Both the position numbers and the translations under genes were made by a program. Of a stretch of 51,568 nt of DNA, positions 1-8,479 are shown piece by piece (the first letter of the stretch is position 1; each line of letters starts with the position of its first letter). The stretch is from NCBI GenBank assembly GCA_964433865.1, contig CAYSUC010000002.1, positions 1 through 51,568 of the forward strand, given 5' to 3'. The notes under the pieces were generated by a model. That model was not told where the DNA came from and did not search any database. It saw only the letters and a list, made by a program, of their open reading frames with translations. Source of the DNA: an uncultured Planctomycetaceae bacterium. Its GTDB lineage: Bacteria > Planctomycetota > Planctomycetia > Pirellulales > PNKZ01.

Positions 1-1549
1 GGAAGATCGTGGCCGACAGCAGGGCGGCGGCGGCGGCGATGCCGGGCCGAATCAGATTCAGACGCATGAAGACGAAGGCGATGACGGTGGTGGCGAAGAC
101 CTCGAAAAAGCCTTCGACCCACAGATGCACGACCCACCAGCGCCAATACTCGATCATCGAGAGATGCGTGTGCCGTCCCCAGGTGAGGCCGGCTCCGTAG
201 AACAGGGCGATGGCGCCGGTGGCCACGGTGAGCAGGGCGACCAGTTGTTTTTGCTCTCCCTGCTTCTTCAGCGCCGGCCGCACGGCGCGGACCATCAGCA
301 ACAGCCACAACAGCAAGCCCGCGAACAGCGCGATCTGCCAGGCGCGCCCCAGGTCGACGTACTCGTAACCCTGATGGCCGAAGTAGAACGACGCCGCGTC
401 GGTCAGCTTGTTGTGAATGCTCAGCCACTCGCCGGTGAGCGAACCGACGACGACCAGCAGCAGCGCGAGAAACAAGACGTTGACGCCCAGACGCTGAGCT
501 TTAGGTTCCTGTTCGCTGACCAACGGGCCGATGAACAGCCCGGCGGCCAGCCAGGCCGTGGCGATCCAGAACAGGCCCATCTGGATGTGCCACGTGCGAG
601 CCACGCTGTACGGCAGCCACTGCGAGAGCGGAATGCCGTAGAAGCCGTCCCCCTCGACGCCGTAATGGGCCACGATCACGCCGAGCAGCATTTGTACGAG
701 AATCAGCGCCGAGACGACCCAGAAATATTTGACGGTCGCGCGCTGCGACGGCGTCGCCGACCACGTCGCCAGCGGATCGACCTCCGGCGCCTCGCGCGGT
801 TCTTCGCCGTCGCGCTTCGAGGCATGCCACCACGCCATGGCGGAAATCCCCGCCAGCAGCAAGATGATGCTCACGCCGGTCCAGACCACCGTCTCGCCCG
901 TCGGGCGGTTGCCGACCAGCGGTTCGTACGGCCAGTTGTGCGTGTAGCTGATCTTGTCGTCGGGCCGATCGGTTTTCGCGGCCCAGGCCGTCCAGAAGAA
1001 GAAGGCCGAAAGTTTTCGCAGCCGATCGGCGTCGGTCACCGCGCCCTTGGGAATGGCGTACTCGGTTCGCCCGTCGGAGAACACGTCGGAGTAATGAGCG
1101 AGGTTCGCGGCGTAGGCTTCGGCGACCACCGGATCGACCGTGATCGTGCGATTCGCGGCATCGTACGTGTTGGCTCGCAGCAACTGCGTCAGCCGTCCGC
1201 TCAGCCGGGCTTGGGTTTCCTGGTCGAGTTCGGCGAACGGCCGGCCGTGGTCGGTCGTCGACCAGCGGTCGAGGATGAACACCGCCTCGCGATGCAGCCA
1301 GTCGGCCGTCCAGTCGGGAGCGACGTAGCTGCCGTGCCCCCAGACCGAACCGACTTCCATTCCGCCCAACGTTTGCCAGACATTCTGGCCCGCGGAAATC
1401 TCGCCCGCGGCGACCACGACCCGGCCGTCGGTCGTCACCACGCGATCGGCCAACGGCGGGGCCTCCTGATAGATTCGCGTTCCGATCCAGCCCAAGATCG
1501 AAAACGACACGATCAGCACCAGAACGAATGCGAGCCAAAGCCGATTCAT
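1..1549 (-). CDS. norB: Quinol-dependent nitric oxide reductase (qNor, NorB/NorZ type), N-terminal ~516 codons; the C-terminus lies beyond the window start
   Basis: Absent from the ORF track because it runs off the window edge. My translation of the minus strand from ATG 1549-1547 gives MNRLWLAFVLVLIVSFSILGWIGTRIYQEAPP... It has one N-terminal TM, a long periplasmic extension without CxxCH, then a polytopic core. The core ends ...GRHTHLSMIEYWRWWVVHLWVEGFFEVFATTVIAFVFMRL, which I recognise as the NorB signature helix. Track ORFs 125..1567(+) and 501..1538(-) are Arg/Pro-rich shadow frames of this gene. Confidence 0.85.
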   Translation of the reverse strand, partial: MNRLWLAFVLVLIVSFSILGWIGTRIYQEAPPLADRVVTTDGRVVVAAGEISAGQNVWQTLGGMEVGSVWGHGSYVAPDWTADWLHREAVFILDRWSTTDHGRPFAELDQETQARLSGRLTQLLRANTYDAANRTITVDPVVAEAYAANLAHYSDVFSDGRTEYAIPKGAVTDADRLRKLSAFFFWTAWAAKTDRPDDKISYTHNWPYEPLVGNRPTGETVVWTGVSIILLLAGISAMAWWHASKRDGEEPREAPEVDPLATWSATPSQRATVKYFWVVSALILVQMLLGVIVAHYGVEGDGFYGIPLSQWLPYSVARTWHIQMGLFWIATAWLAAGLFIGPLVSEQEPKAQRLGVNVLFLALLLVVVGSLTGEWLSIHNKLTDAASFYFGHQGYEYVDLGRAWQIALFAGLLLWLLLMVRAVRPALKKQGEQKQLVALLTVATGAIALFYGAGLTWGRHTHLSMIEYWRWWVVHLWVEGFFEVFATTVIAFVFMRLNLIRPGIAAAAALLSATIF

Positions 1550-1592
1550 GATCTGCCTTTCAACTGAAACGCTGCGGCGACGAACGACGAGG

Positions 1593-2015
1593 TCAGGTCC
1601 GAGCGCCGCCCGAGGAATCCGTTCGCAACACCGTAAATAACGGGCATTCCGCCACGCCGCCGCGACGCTCGCACCGCGACGCGATCGCAGCCAGCGCCCG
1701 CTTCATCGTCGCCAGCGATTCGATCCGTTCTTCGATCTCCGCGATCTTGGCCTGCGCCTTCTTCCGCACGTCGCAGCATTTCGTGCGCGGATCGAACCAC
1801 AAGGCCAGCAACTCTTTGATCTCCGACAGTCGAAAACCGAGGTCCTTCGCTTGGCGAATGAATTGTAGGCGGGCCACCGACGACTCGTCGTACACGCGGT
1901 AACCGGACGCTTTCCGCGTCGGTTCTGCCAGCAGTCCGCGACGTTCGTAGAAACGCACCGTTTCCACGCCGACGCCCGTCCGCTTGGCGACCTGTCCGAC
2001 GGACAACGACTTCAT
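1593..2015 (-). CDS. MerR-family transcriptional regulator with the mercury-type three-cysteine pattern
   Basis: 140 aa, ATG at 2015, GGAGGG about 8 nt upstream. N-terminal wHTH: VGQVAKRTGVGVETVRFYERRGLLAEP...YRVYDE. Coiled-coil dimerisation helix. Cys80/81, Cys115 and Cys124 have spacings of ~35 and 9, as I recall for Tn501 MerR C82/C117/C126. The C-terminal CERRGGVAECPLF resembles MerR C..RRGNVSCPLI. Confidence 0.88.
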   Translation of the reverse strand: MKSLSVGQVAKRTGVGVETVRFYERRGLLAEPTRKASGYRVYDESSVARLQFIRQAKDLGFRLSEIKELLALWFDPRTKCCDVRKKAQAKIAEIEERIESLATMKRALAAIASRCERRGGVAECPLFTVLRTDSSGGART

Positions 2016-2038
2016 CGTGAGCCCTCCGATTGCGCGCG

Positions 2039-2070
2039 ATTGTAAAGCTCGTACCCTACTACGGAGTCAA
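2039..2070 (-). promoter_or_regulatory. MerR-type promoter/operator resembling merO; long spacer between -35 and -10
   Basis: Minus strand reads TTGACTCCGTAGTAGGGTACGAGCTTTACAAT. -35 TTGACT (2070-2065), 20-nt spacer, -10 TACAAT (2044-2039). The spacer holds an imperfect dyad TCCGTAG-N4-GTACGAG. As I recall, the Tn501 merO/PmerT core is TTGACTCCGTACATGAGTACGGAAGTAAGGT, so positions 1-11 and 17-21 are identical. It points toward the merR-like gene and norB. Confidence 0.55.
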
Positions 2071-2531
2071 GGGGTCGGCCCGGGAATGCCGCCTCGACGC
2101 CGCGCAATGATAACCGTCCGGCGGCACCCGTCGGTCAGGTCGGCAGTCGCCGGTCGGGAAGCCGGTTCGTAGTGCCGCGAGGTCGGAGCGAGGCTTGCAG
2201 ATGCGGCAGTCGGGCGACGCGGTCGCGAACGTACCGGAACGAGCCGTCGATTCGTGGGTCGGACATGCGGCCGACGAACGTAGGGTGCAGACGATCTACT
2301 ACGACCTGTCCGACGTGGATTCCCAGGCCTTCATGTTGAAGGTCGAGATCGGAGACGGCGCACCGGCGGTCGCGTGCGGGCTTTGTCGGATCGCGCCCTG
2401 CGCGTCGACTTCACTCGGCTTCGCGGAGAAATCACCCGCGAGACAGCCGCGGAACAAATCGCCCGCAGAAAAACTGCGGCCTTCCGCAACTACTCAAAAT
2501 CCAGCAGTTACGGAAGGCAATTCTCACAAAG

Positions 2532-2613
2532 CGGAGGGCATGGGACTCGAACCCACAACCGGTTGCCCGGCACGACATTTCCAGTGTCGCCGCTAGCCAT
2601 TCGCTTACCCTCC
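2532..2613 (-). tRNA. tRNA-Ser (anticodon GGA)
   Basis: Reverse complement: GGAGGGTAAGCGAATGGCTAGCGGCGACACTGGAAATGTCGTGCCGGGCAACCGGTTGTGGGTTCGAGTCCCATGCCCTCCG. Acceptor GGAGGGT/GCCCTCC, anticodon arm CGACA-CTGGAAA-TGTCG (GGA), long variable arm CCGG-GCAA-CCGG, T arm GTGGG-TTCGAGT-CCCAT. No encoded CCA. I could not fold the D-arm cleanly and position 8 looks like A, so the ends may be off by 1-2 nt. Confidence 0.78.
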
Positions 2614-2745
2614 GGGCGAGTCGTTCAATTCTAGCTGCTGTTCCGCGATCGTGCCACGCCTTCCGCAAGTTGCGTCGTCGCGGCCGACGTGCGACATTGC
2701 CGTTTCCCGCCCCCCGCCCCCGATCCCGCCCCTGGAGTCTCGCAC

Positions 2746-4212
2746 ATGATTCGACGCTGCTCCCTTCTCGTCCTCCTGTGTTCGTTCGCGGCGGCGATGT
2801 CGGCCGATCGGGCCTGCGCCGCGGAACGGGTCTTTCGCGCCGGGGCGGCCGCCGCCAACATCACCCCTCCGATCGGCACCGAGATCATCGGCGGCTTCAA
2901 TCCGGCCCCCTCGACGCACGTGCACGACGAACTGCATGCCCGAACCCTGGTGCTCGACGACGGCACCACGCAACTGGCGATCGTCGTGTGCGACCTGCTG
3001 GGCGTGGGACGCGACCTGTGCGCCGTCGCCGCCGAACGTATCGAAAAAGAATGCGGCATCCCGCGGGCGCACGTCCTGATCGCCGGCACCCACACGCATT
3101 CGGCGGCCAGCGCCCTGGGGGGCGATCGCATGAATTGGGAACGTCCCGAACTCGACGAGTACCAACGCTTCGTCGTCGGACGGATCGTCGACGGCGTTCG
3201 TCGGGCGCAGAACCTGCGCGAGCCGGCGCAGATCGCCTGGGGCGCCACCGACGAACCGCGCCACGTCTTCAATCGTCGCTGGCATCTCAAGCCCGGCACC
3301 ATGCCCGTCAATCCGTTCGGCAACACGACCGACGTGGTGAAGATGAACCCGGGGCGCGGTCCGCACCTGGTCAAGCCGGCCGGTCCGGTCGATCCGCAGG
3401 TTTGGACGTTGTGCGTGCGCGCGAAGAACGGCGGGCGCCCGATCGGGCTGCTCTCGAACTACTCGCTGCATTACGTCGGCGGCGTGGGGGCGGGGCATAT
3501 CTCGGCCGACTATTTCGGCGTCTTCGCCCGCCGCATCGTCGAAGTGCTCGCTGCCGAGCGACAGGAGCCGCCGCTCGTCGCCTTGCTATCCAACGGCACC
3601 AGCGGCGACGTCAACAACAACAACCTCACCGGGCCGAGCGAACGCCTCGCGCCGTACGAAAAGATGCGGATCGTGGCCGACGACGTCGCCCGCGCCGCCG
3701 TGGCCTCGCTCAAGGATGCGACGTGGCACGACTGGGTTCCGTTGGCGGCCGTGCGGCGCGATCCGATCATCGCCTCGCGACCGCTGACGAAGGAACAGAT
3801 CGAGCGAGCGCGGGGCGTGTTGTCGTCGCCGGCCGATCCGGCCAAGCCCGCGTCGCTCGAAAGGATCTACGCCGACCGCGTGGTGCGTCTGAGTCGGTGG
3901 CCGGCCGAAGTGCCGGTCCCCCTCCAGGCGCTGCGCATCGGCGACCTGGCCATCGGCGCCTTGCCGTGCGAGACGTTCGCCGAGACGGGGCTGGAACTCA
4001 AGGCCAAGAGCCCGATCCGGGCCTATTTCACGATCGAGTTGGCCAACGGTTACTACGGCTACCTGCCGACTCCGCCGCAACACGCACTCGGCGGCTACGA
4101 GACGTGGCCCGGCACGAACCGCCTCGAGGTCGACGCTTCGGTCAAACTCACGGCGCAACTGCTGGAGATGTTGGACGAACTGGTGCGGTCGAAGCCGGCG
4201 GCGGGCGAATAG
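2746..4212 (+). CDS. Secreted neutral/alkaline ceramidase-like hydrolase (N-terminal ceramidase domain family)
   Basis: Internal ATG 2746 of ORF 2689..4212 gives the signal peptide MIRRCSLLVLLCSFAAAMSADRACA. Family-like motifs: AGAAAANITPPIG, HDELHARTLVLDDG, IAGTHTHSAAS (compare the ATHTHSGP zinc site of neutral ceramidases). Confidence 0.55.
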   Translation: MIRRCSLLVLLCSFAAAMSADRACAAERVFRAGAAAANITPPIGTEIIGGFNPAPSTHVHDELHARTLVLDDGTTQLAIVVCDLLGVGRDLCAVAAERIEKECGIPRAHVLIAGTHTHSAASALGGDRMNWERPELDEYQRFVVGRIVDGVRRAQNLREPAQIAWGATDEPRHVFNRRWHLKPGTMPVNPFGNTTDVVKMNPGRGPHLVKPAGPVDPQVWTLCVRAKNGGRPIGLLSNYSLHYVGGVGAGHISADYFGVFARRIVEVLAAERQEPPLVALLSNGTSGDVNNNNLTGPSERLAPYEKMRIVADDVARAAVASLKDATWHDWVPLAAVRRDPIIASRPLTKEQIERARGVLSSPADPAKPASLERIYADRVVRLSRWPAEVPVPLQALRIGDLAIGALPCETFAETGLELKAKSPIRAYFTIELANGYYGYLPTPPQHALGGYETWPGTNRLEVDASVKLTAQLLEMLDELVRSKPAAGE

Positions 4213-4258
4213 CCCGTCGCACGCCGCAGCGCGGCGATCGACGTCGGCCCGCGCGGAA

Positions 4259-5464
4259 TCATCCCCGTTCGTCGGCCGCGTGTTTCGGCTTGCGCCGCCG
4301 CAGCGCCTCTTGCGGATTCATCAACTCCTCGGCCGTGGCGACGTCGGTGACCAGGTGCGTCCAATACCGCAGGTGCTGCAACAGCGGCACGATCGCCGGC
4401 GTTTTCGTCGCCTGACACTTGCGACACGGGCCGGCGCTGATGACCAGAAACCGATCGGGCCGCGCGGCGTAGCTCTCGAAATCGTCCCAGTCGAACAGCG
4501 TGACGGCGCGGCGTCCGGGCGTTTGCTTCGTCAGCCGAATCGGCCCCTGATGATGATACGGCAGATACTGGAGGTCGCCGGCCAGGTCGCGTTCATCCAC
4601 CGACGACGGTCCGTACTTGCGGCTGTCGATATACTGCCGGATCAGGCCGTGCTCGTCGTCGGCCGATCCCAGGCTGCTGATGACGATCTCGATGTCGTCG
4701 CGCAGCTTGAACGCGCGGCGGATGTTGTCGTCCTGCCGTTGCAAGTCGCCGTAGGCCGAACACTCGACGGTCGCGGCCGTCGGCAAGTCGACGTACTCGA
4801 TCGGCTTGTTCTCGTCGAACAGTCGAAAGAACGTCACCGGCGACACCATCGGGTCGCTGATCGTCGCCGTCAAGGCGTGCAATCGCAGCCGCGGGCAGAT
4901 CGGCATCTGGTTGATGAGCTTCGCCAGGTGCGACACGACGGCCAACGAGCTATGCCCGGCTCCCAAACCGATGCTCACCGGTTTGGTTTCTCGGTCGTGC
5001 TCGGGCGGGGCCTTGGCCGCGGCGTCGGCGTGTTTGGCCGCCAACCGTTTGATGAGCTGAAAGGCCAACTCCGCCGTGGCCCGCGCCACCATCTCGTTCA
5101 CGTCTTCGGCGACGTTCACGACGCGCACGTCGAAGCGCTTCGGATCCAGATCGTAGCGCAGCAACACGGCCCGGCCGATCTCGACCGCCTCGGGCGGGTT
5201 GAGATGCACGAATCCGCGACGAACCGCCTCGCGGACGATCTTGTAGACGCGATAGCGCGTCAGATCGATCTTCCGCTTCTCACCCCAACGCAAATCGATC
5301 CAGGGGAGGTCGTCGCCATGCTCCTCGACGAGCCAGGCGGCGATCCGCGTCGTGATTTTTTTCTGATCGTCGCCCGAGGCGTTGAGCCAGCGTTTGGCGA
5401 CTTCGAACACCAGCGCGTCGCTCAGATCGACGACGCGCGATTCGGCCTCGTGCGGTTGGGCCAT
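4259..5464 (-). CDS. SorC/DeoR-like regulator with a putative sugar-binding domain
   Basis: I prefer ATG 5464 (MAQPHEAESR...); the 50 residues upstream in the track ORF look non-native. HTH-like LTRYRVYKIVREAVRRGFVHLNPP. Sugar-binding-domain-like IGLGAGHSSLAVV, VISSLGSADDEHG, LAGDLQYLPYHHQG. Confidence 0.5.
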   Translation of the reverse strand: MAQPHEAESRVVDLSDALVFEVAKRWLNASGDDQKKITTRIAAWLVEEHGDDLPWIDLRWGEKRKIDLTRYRVYKIVREAVRRGFVHLNPPEAVEIGRAVLLRYDLDPKRFDVRVVNVAEDVNEMVARATAELAFQLIKRLAAKHADAAAKAPPEHDRETKPVSIGLGAGHSSLAVVSHLAKLINQMPICPRLRLHALTATISDPMVSPVTFFRLFDENKPIEYVDLPTAATVECSAYGDLQRQDDNIRRAFKLRDDIEIVISSLGSADDEHGLIRQYIDSRKYGPSSVDERDLAGDLQYLPYHHQGPIRLTKQTPGRRAVTLFDWDDFESYAARPDRFLVISAGPCRKCQATKTPAIVPLLQHLRYWTHLVTDVATAEELMNPQEALRRRKPKHAADERG

Positions 5465-5763
5465 GTCGGACCTCCGGCCGCGCAGCCGCGACACGATCCG
5501 CAACCGGAACGCGACGACGCCGAACGGGGCGAACGGGGGCGATGCGAAACTGTGGACCTGCCGCACGAAATTTTGTGGCAGCCCGACACGGACGTCAATA
5601 GTCCGTCGAAACACGAGCCACGGGACCGATTTCCCCTTCCGAATCGTCCGACGATTTTCTCCAATGAACGGCCCCGTTTCCGCGACGAGGGCAGATCCGC
5701 ACCCCCCCCGGGGCGCGCCACCCGCCGCGCCTCGTGTTTTTCCTATACGTCCGGGGATGTCCC

Positions 5764-6885
5764 ATGACCGCGTCTCTCCATCCCGTTCCGCGGACCACGG
5801 CGACGCTCGAACGACAAGCGGCCGAGGGTTTGCACATCGGCGCGCAAGTGTTCGTGTCGCGCGGCGGCGAAGCGGTCGTCGACCTCGCGCTCGGCCGCGC
5901 CCGCTCCGATGTGCCGATGTCGGTCGACTCGGTGATGCTGTGGTTGTCGTCCGGGAAGCCGATCGCCGCGGTCGCCGTCTTGCAACTCGTCGAGCACGGC
6001 GCGCTGGGGCTCGACGACCCGGTCGAGCGCCTGCTCCCCGAGTTCGGCGCCAACGGCAAGCACGCCGTTACCGTTCGCCACCTGCTGACGCACACCGCGG
6101 GCTTTCGCTTTCTCGACGTCGGTGATGCCGCAACTGCCTGGGACGAAATCCTGCGTCGCATCTGCGTCGCTCCGCTCGAACGCGATTGGACGCCCGGTCT
6201 ACGAGCCGGCTATCATCCCTATACCTCGTGGTACGTCCTCGGCGAGATCGTTCGCCGCGCGTCGGGCCTGTCGTATTCCGAGTATGTTCGCCGGTTCGTG
6301 TTCCTGCCGCTCGAGATGCACGACTGCTGGGTCGGCATGCCCGCCGAGGTGCGCGAGGCGTATGGTCCGCGTCTGGGCGAACTCGTGAACACCGAACGGC
6401 CGGGAACCGGTCCGCACCAGTGGAGCACGCCCGACGGCGTCGTCGCCTGCGCGCCTGGCGGCAACGCTCACGGACCGATGCGCCAGTTGGCCCGATTCTA
6501 CGAGGCGTTGCTCGAAGGCGGCCGTCGCGGCGCGGCTCGCATCTTGTCGGCAGCAAGCGTCGCGCAACTGGTCGCGCGCGAGCGCGTCGGCCTGTTCGAC
6601 GAAACCTTCAAGCACACGCTCGATTGGGGCCTCGGCATCATTCCCAACAATCGGCGGTACGGTCTCGCCACGGTTCCCTACGGTTACGGACGTCACGCCT
6701 CGGACGCCGCATTCGGACACGGCGGCAGCCAGTCGTCGGCGGCCTTCGCCGATCCCGAACACGGTTTGGCCGTGGCCGTCGTCCTTAACGGAACCTGCGG
6801 CGAACGCCGTCATCAGCCCCGCATGCGCGCCGTGCTCGAGGCGCTGTACGAAGACCTCGACATCGTGCGCGCCGACGAAAGCTGA
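5764..6885 (+). CDS. Serine hydrolase, beta-lactamase/PBP4*-type (class C-like) family
   Basis: ATG 5764 (MTASLHPV...). SxxK motif in WLSSGKPIAAVAVLQL. RHLLTHTAGF is typical of the family. Confidence 0.7.
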   Translation: MTASLHPVPRTTATLERQAAEGLHIGAQVFVSRGGEAVVDLALGRARSDVPMSVDSVMLWLSSGKPIAAVAVLQLVEHGALGLDDPVERLLPEFGANGKHAVTVRHLLTHTAGFRFLDVGDAATAWDEILRRICVAPLERDWTPGLRAGYHPYTSWYVLGEIVRRASGLSYSEYVRRFVFLPLEMHDCWVGMPAEVREAYGPRLGELVNTERPGTGPHQWSTPDGVVACAPGGNAHGPMRQLARFYEALLEGGRRGAARILSAASVAQLVARERVGLFDETFKHTLDWGLGIIPNNRRYGLATVPYGYGRHASDAAFGHGGSQSSAAFADPEHGLAVAVVLNGTCGERRHQPRMRAVLEALYEDLDIVRADES

Positions 6886-6925
6886 ACTTCGTTCGAAGTA
6901 CGCGGCCCGCCGAGTGCCCGGTCGT

Positions 6926-8314
6926 TCACTCGCCGAACTGCAACCGCAGCAGCAACCGTTTGACGTCGGTCATCGCGATCGTGTCGCATTCGATCCGCCG
7001 GTTCGAGGCGATGAACGTCGGCCCTTCGGAAAGTTCTCGACCGGGGCGCGGCAGCCGGCCGTGGCTGCCGCCGACGATCGATCCGTCCAGACCGATGACG
7101 TCCATGTAATAGCGAAAACCCAGCAGCTTCCGCGCCAGTCGACCGGCCACTCGCAACCGCGGAAACCGCAACTTCGGGTCGACGAACAGTTCGACCGGAT
7201 CGTAGCCCGGCTTGCGGTGAATGTCGACCGTTCGGGCATAGTCGGGCGCCAGCCGATCGTCGAGCCAGAAGTAGTAGGTGAACCACGACCGTTCGTCGGC
7301 GACGACGACCAGATCGCCGGCGCGCGGATGGTCGATGCCGAGCTCGCGCTGGGCCTCGCGGTCGAGCACCCGTTCGACCCCGTCGACGCGCCGCAACAGC
7401 GCGGCCACGGCCGGCAGATCGTCGGACCGCTCGACGTAGACGTGGGCCACCTGATGATCGGCGACGGCGAACGCGCGGCAGGCCCCGCAGTCGAGCGTCT
7501 CCCAACCCAAAGCTTCGCGCCGCACCTGCACGAAGCCGTGCTCGCGCAGGACGCGGTTCAGATGAACCGGCCGATCGACGGGAGTCACGGCGTATTCCGA
7601 CACCACGACGACTTCATAGCCCCGCTCTCCGGCCGCCTCGATCAGCCGGCCCGCTTCGGCGTCGACCTCGCGGAGGCTGCGGCGCGAGCGCGGATCGGCG
7701 GGGCCGAACCGCTGGAAGTCGTAATCGAGGTGCGGCAGGTAGACCAACAGCAGCGTCGGACGAAATCGACGTTGCACGTCGAGCGCGGCGTCGACGATCC
7801 AACGGGTGCTGGCGACGTCGGTCCCCGGCCCCCAGAACTTCAGCAGCGGAAACACGCCGAGCTGCGCCTGTAGTTCGTCCTTCAGTTCGGCCGGCCGACT
7901 ATAGCTGTCGAACACCTTTCGGCCGTCGGCCGGATAGCTCGGTCGCGGCGTCATCGACCATTCGACCGGCGCGTACATGTTGTACCACCAGAACATCTTG
8001 GCGACGGTGTAGGTCGGGTCGCGCCGCCGGCCGGCCTCGTACACGCGCTCGCCGGCGACGAGCTTGTTCGACTGTCGCCAAAACAAGACCTCGGCCAGGT
8101 CGCGAACATACCAGCCGTTGCCGACGATGCCGTGGTCGCGCGGCAGCAGCCCGGTGAGCATCGTCGCCTGGGCCGAGCAGGTGACCGCAGGCAGCACGGT
8201 TCCCATCGGTCGCAGGAATCCGTCGGCGGCGAGCCGCGCCAGGTGCGGCGTCTCGGGCCCCACGCAGTCGGGTGAAAGTCCCACGACGTTGATCACGATC
8301 AGCGGCTTGGTCAT
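6926..8314 (-). CDS. Alkaline phosphatase-superfamily protein (nucleotide pyrophosphatase/phosphodiesterase-like)
   Basis: ATG 8314 (MTKPLIVINVVGLSP...); the track start 8332 is a TTG. Motifs: VLPAVTCSAQATMLTGLLPRDHGIVGNGW (nucleophile Thr/Ser region), LLLVYLPHLDY, GSHG near the C-terminus. Confidence 0.62.
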   Translation of the reverse strand: MTKPLIVINVVGLSPDCVGPETPHLARLAADGFLRPMGTVLPAVTCSAQATMLTGLLPRDHGIVGNGWYVRDLAEVLFWRQSNKLVAGERVYEAGRRRDPTYTVAKMFWWYNMYAPVEWSMTPRPSYPADGRKVFDSYSRPAELKDELQAQLGVFPLLKFWGPGTDVASTRWIVDAALDVQRRFRPTLLLVYLPHLDYDFQRFGPADPRSRRSLREVDAEAGRLIEAAGERGYEVVVVSEYAVTPVDRPVHLNRVLREHGFVQVRREALGWETLDCGACRAFAVADHQVAHVYVERSDDLPAVAALLRRVDGVERVLDREAQRELGIDHPRAGDLVVVADERSWFTYYFWLDDRLAPDYARTVDIHRKPGYDPVELFVDPKLRFPRLRVAGRLARKLLGFRYYMDVIGLDGSIVGGSHGRLPRPGRELSEGPTFIASNRRIECDTIAMTDVKRLLLRLQFGE

Positions 8315-8479
8315 GCGACCGATCGTACGCAAAACCCCGCCCGTCGGCCATCCCGCGACGACGACCGGTTCGCGGGCTGCGGCCGCCGCCGGGTTTCCGC
8401 TTTCCTCGCCCGCGGCGAAGTGTAAGAATTGTCACGCAGTCGCCTTTCAAGAGCATTCACCCGACGGCGAGGGACGGCC

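Noticed and set aside
125-1567. A 480-aa plus-strand ORF, together with 501..1538 on the minus strand, covering the first 1.5 kb.
   Set aside because: Both are Arg/Pro/Gly/Gln-rich with no recognisable motifs. A third frame on the minus strand, open to the window edge and therefore absent from the track, translates into an unmistakable qNor NorB sequence. They are shadow ORFs of a GC-rich gene.
2195-2596. A 133-aa ORF (and 2374..2634, 2432..2668) in the ~500-bp gap between merR and the tRNA.
   Set aside because: It runs straight through the tRNA-Ser gene, and the C-terminal half is a translation of tRNA sequence. No motif, start context or partner gene supports it. I leave 2071-2531 as apparently non-coding.
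1-2613. A possible genomic island (merR-norB) integrated at the 3' end of tRNA-Ser.
   Set aside because: The tRNA 3' end does face the merR-norB module. However, I see no integrase, no direct repeat of the tRNA 3' end and no obvious compositional break inside the window. This cannot be supported without the sequence to the left.
2670-4415. A 581-aa plus-strand ORF overlapping the ceramidase-like gene in another frame.
   Set aside because: Extreme Arg/Gly/Pro/Ala composition (RRRGRR...). The 2746..4212 frame has a signal peptide and family motifs.
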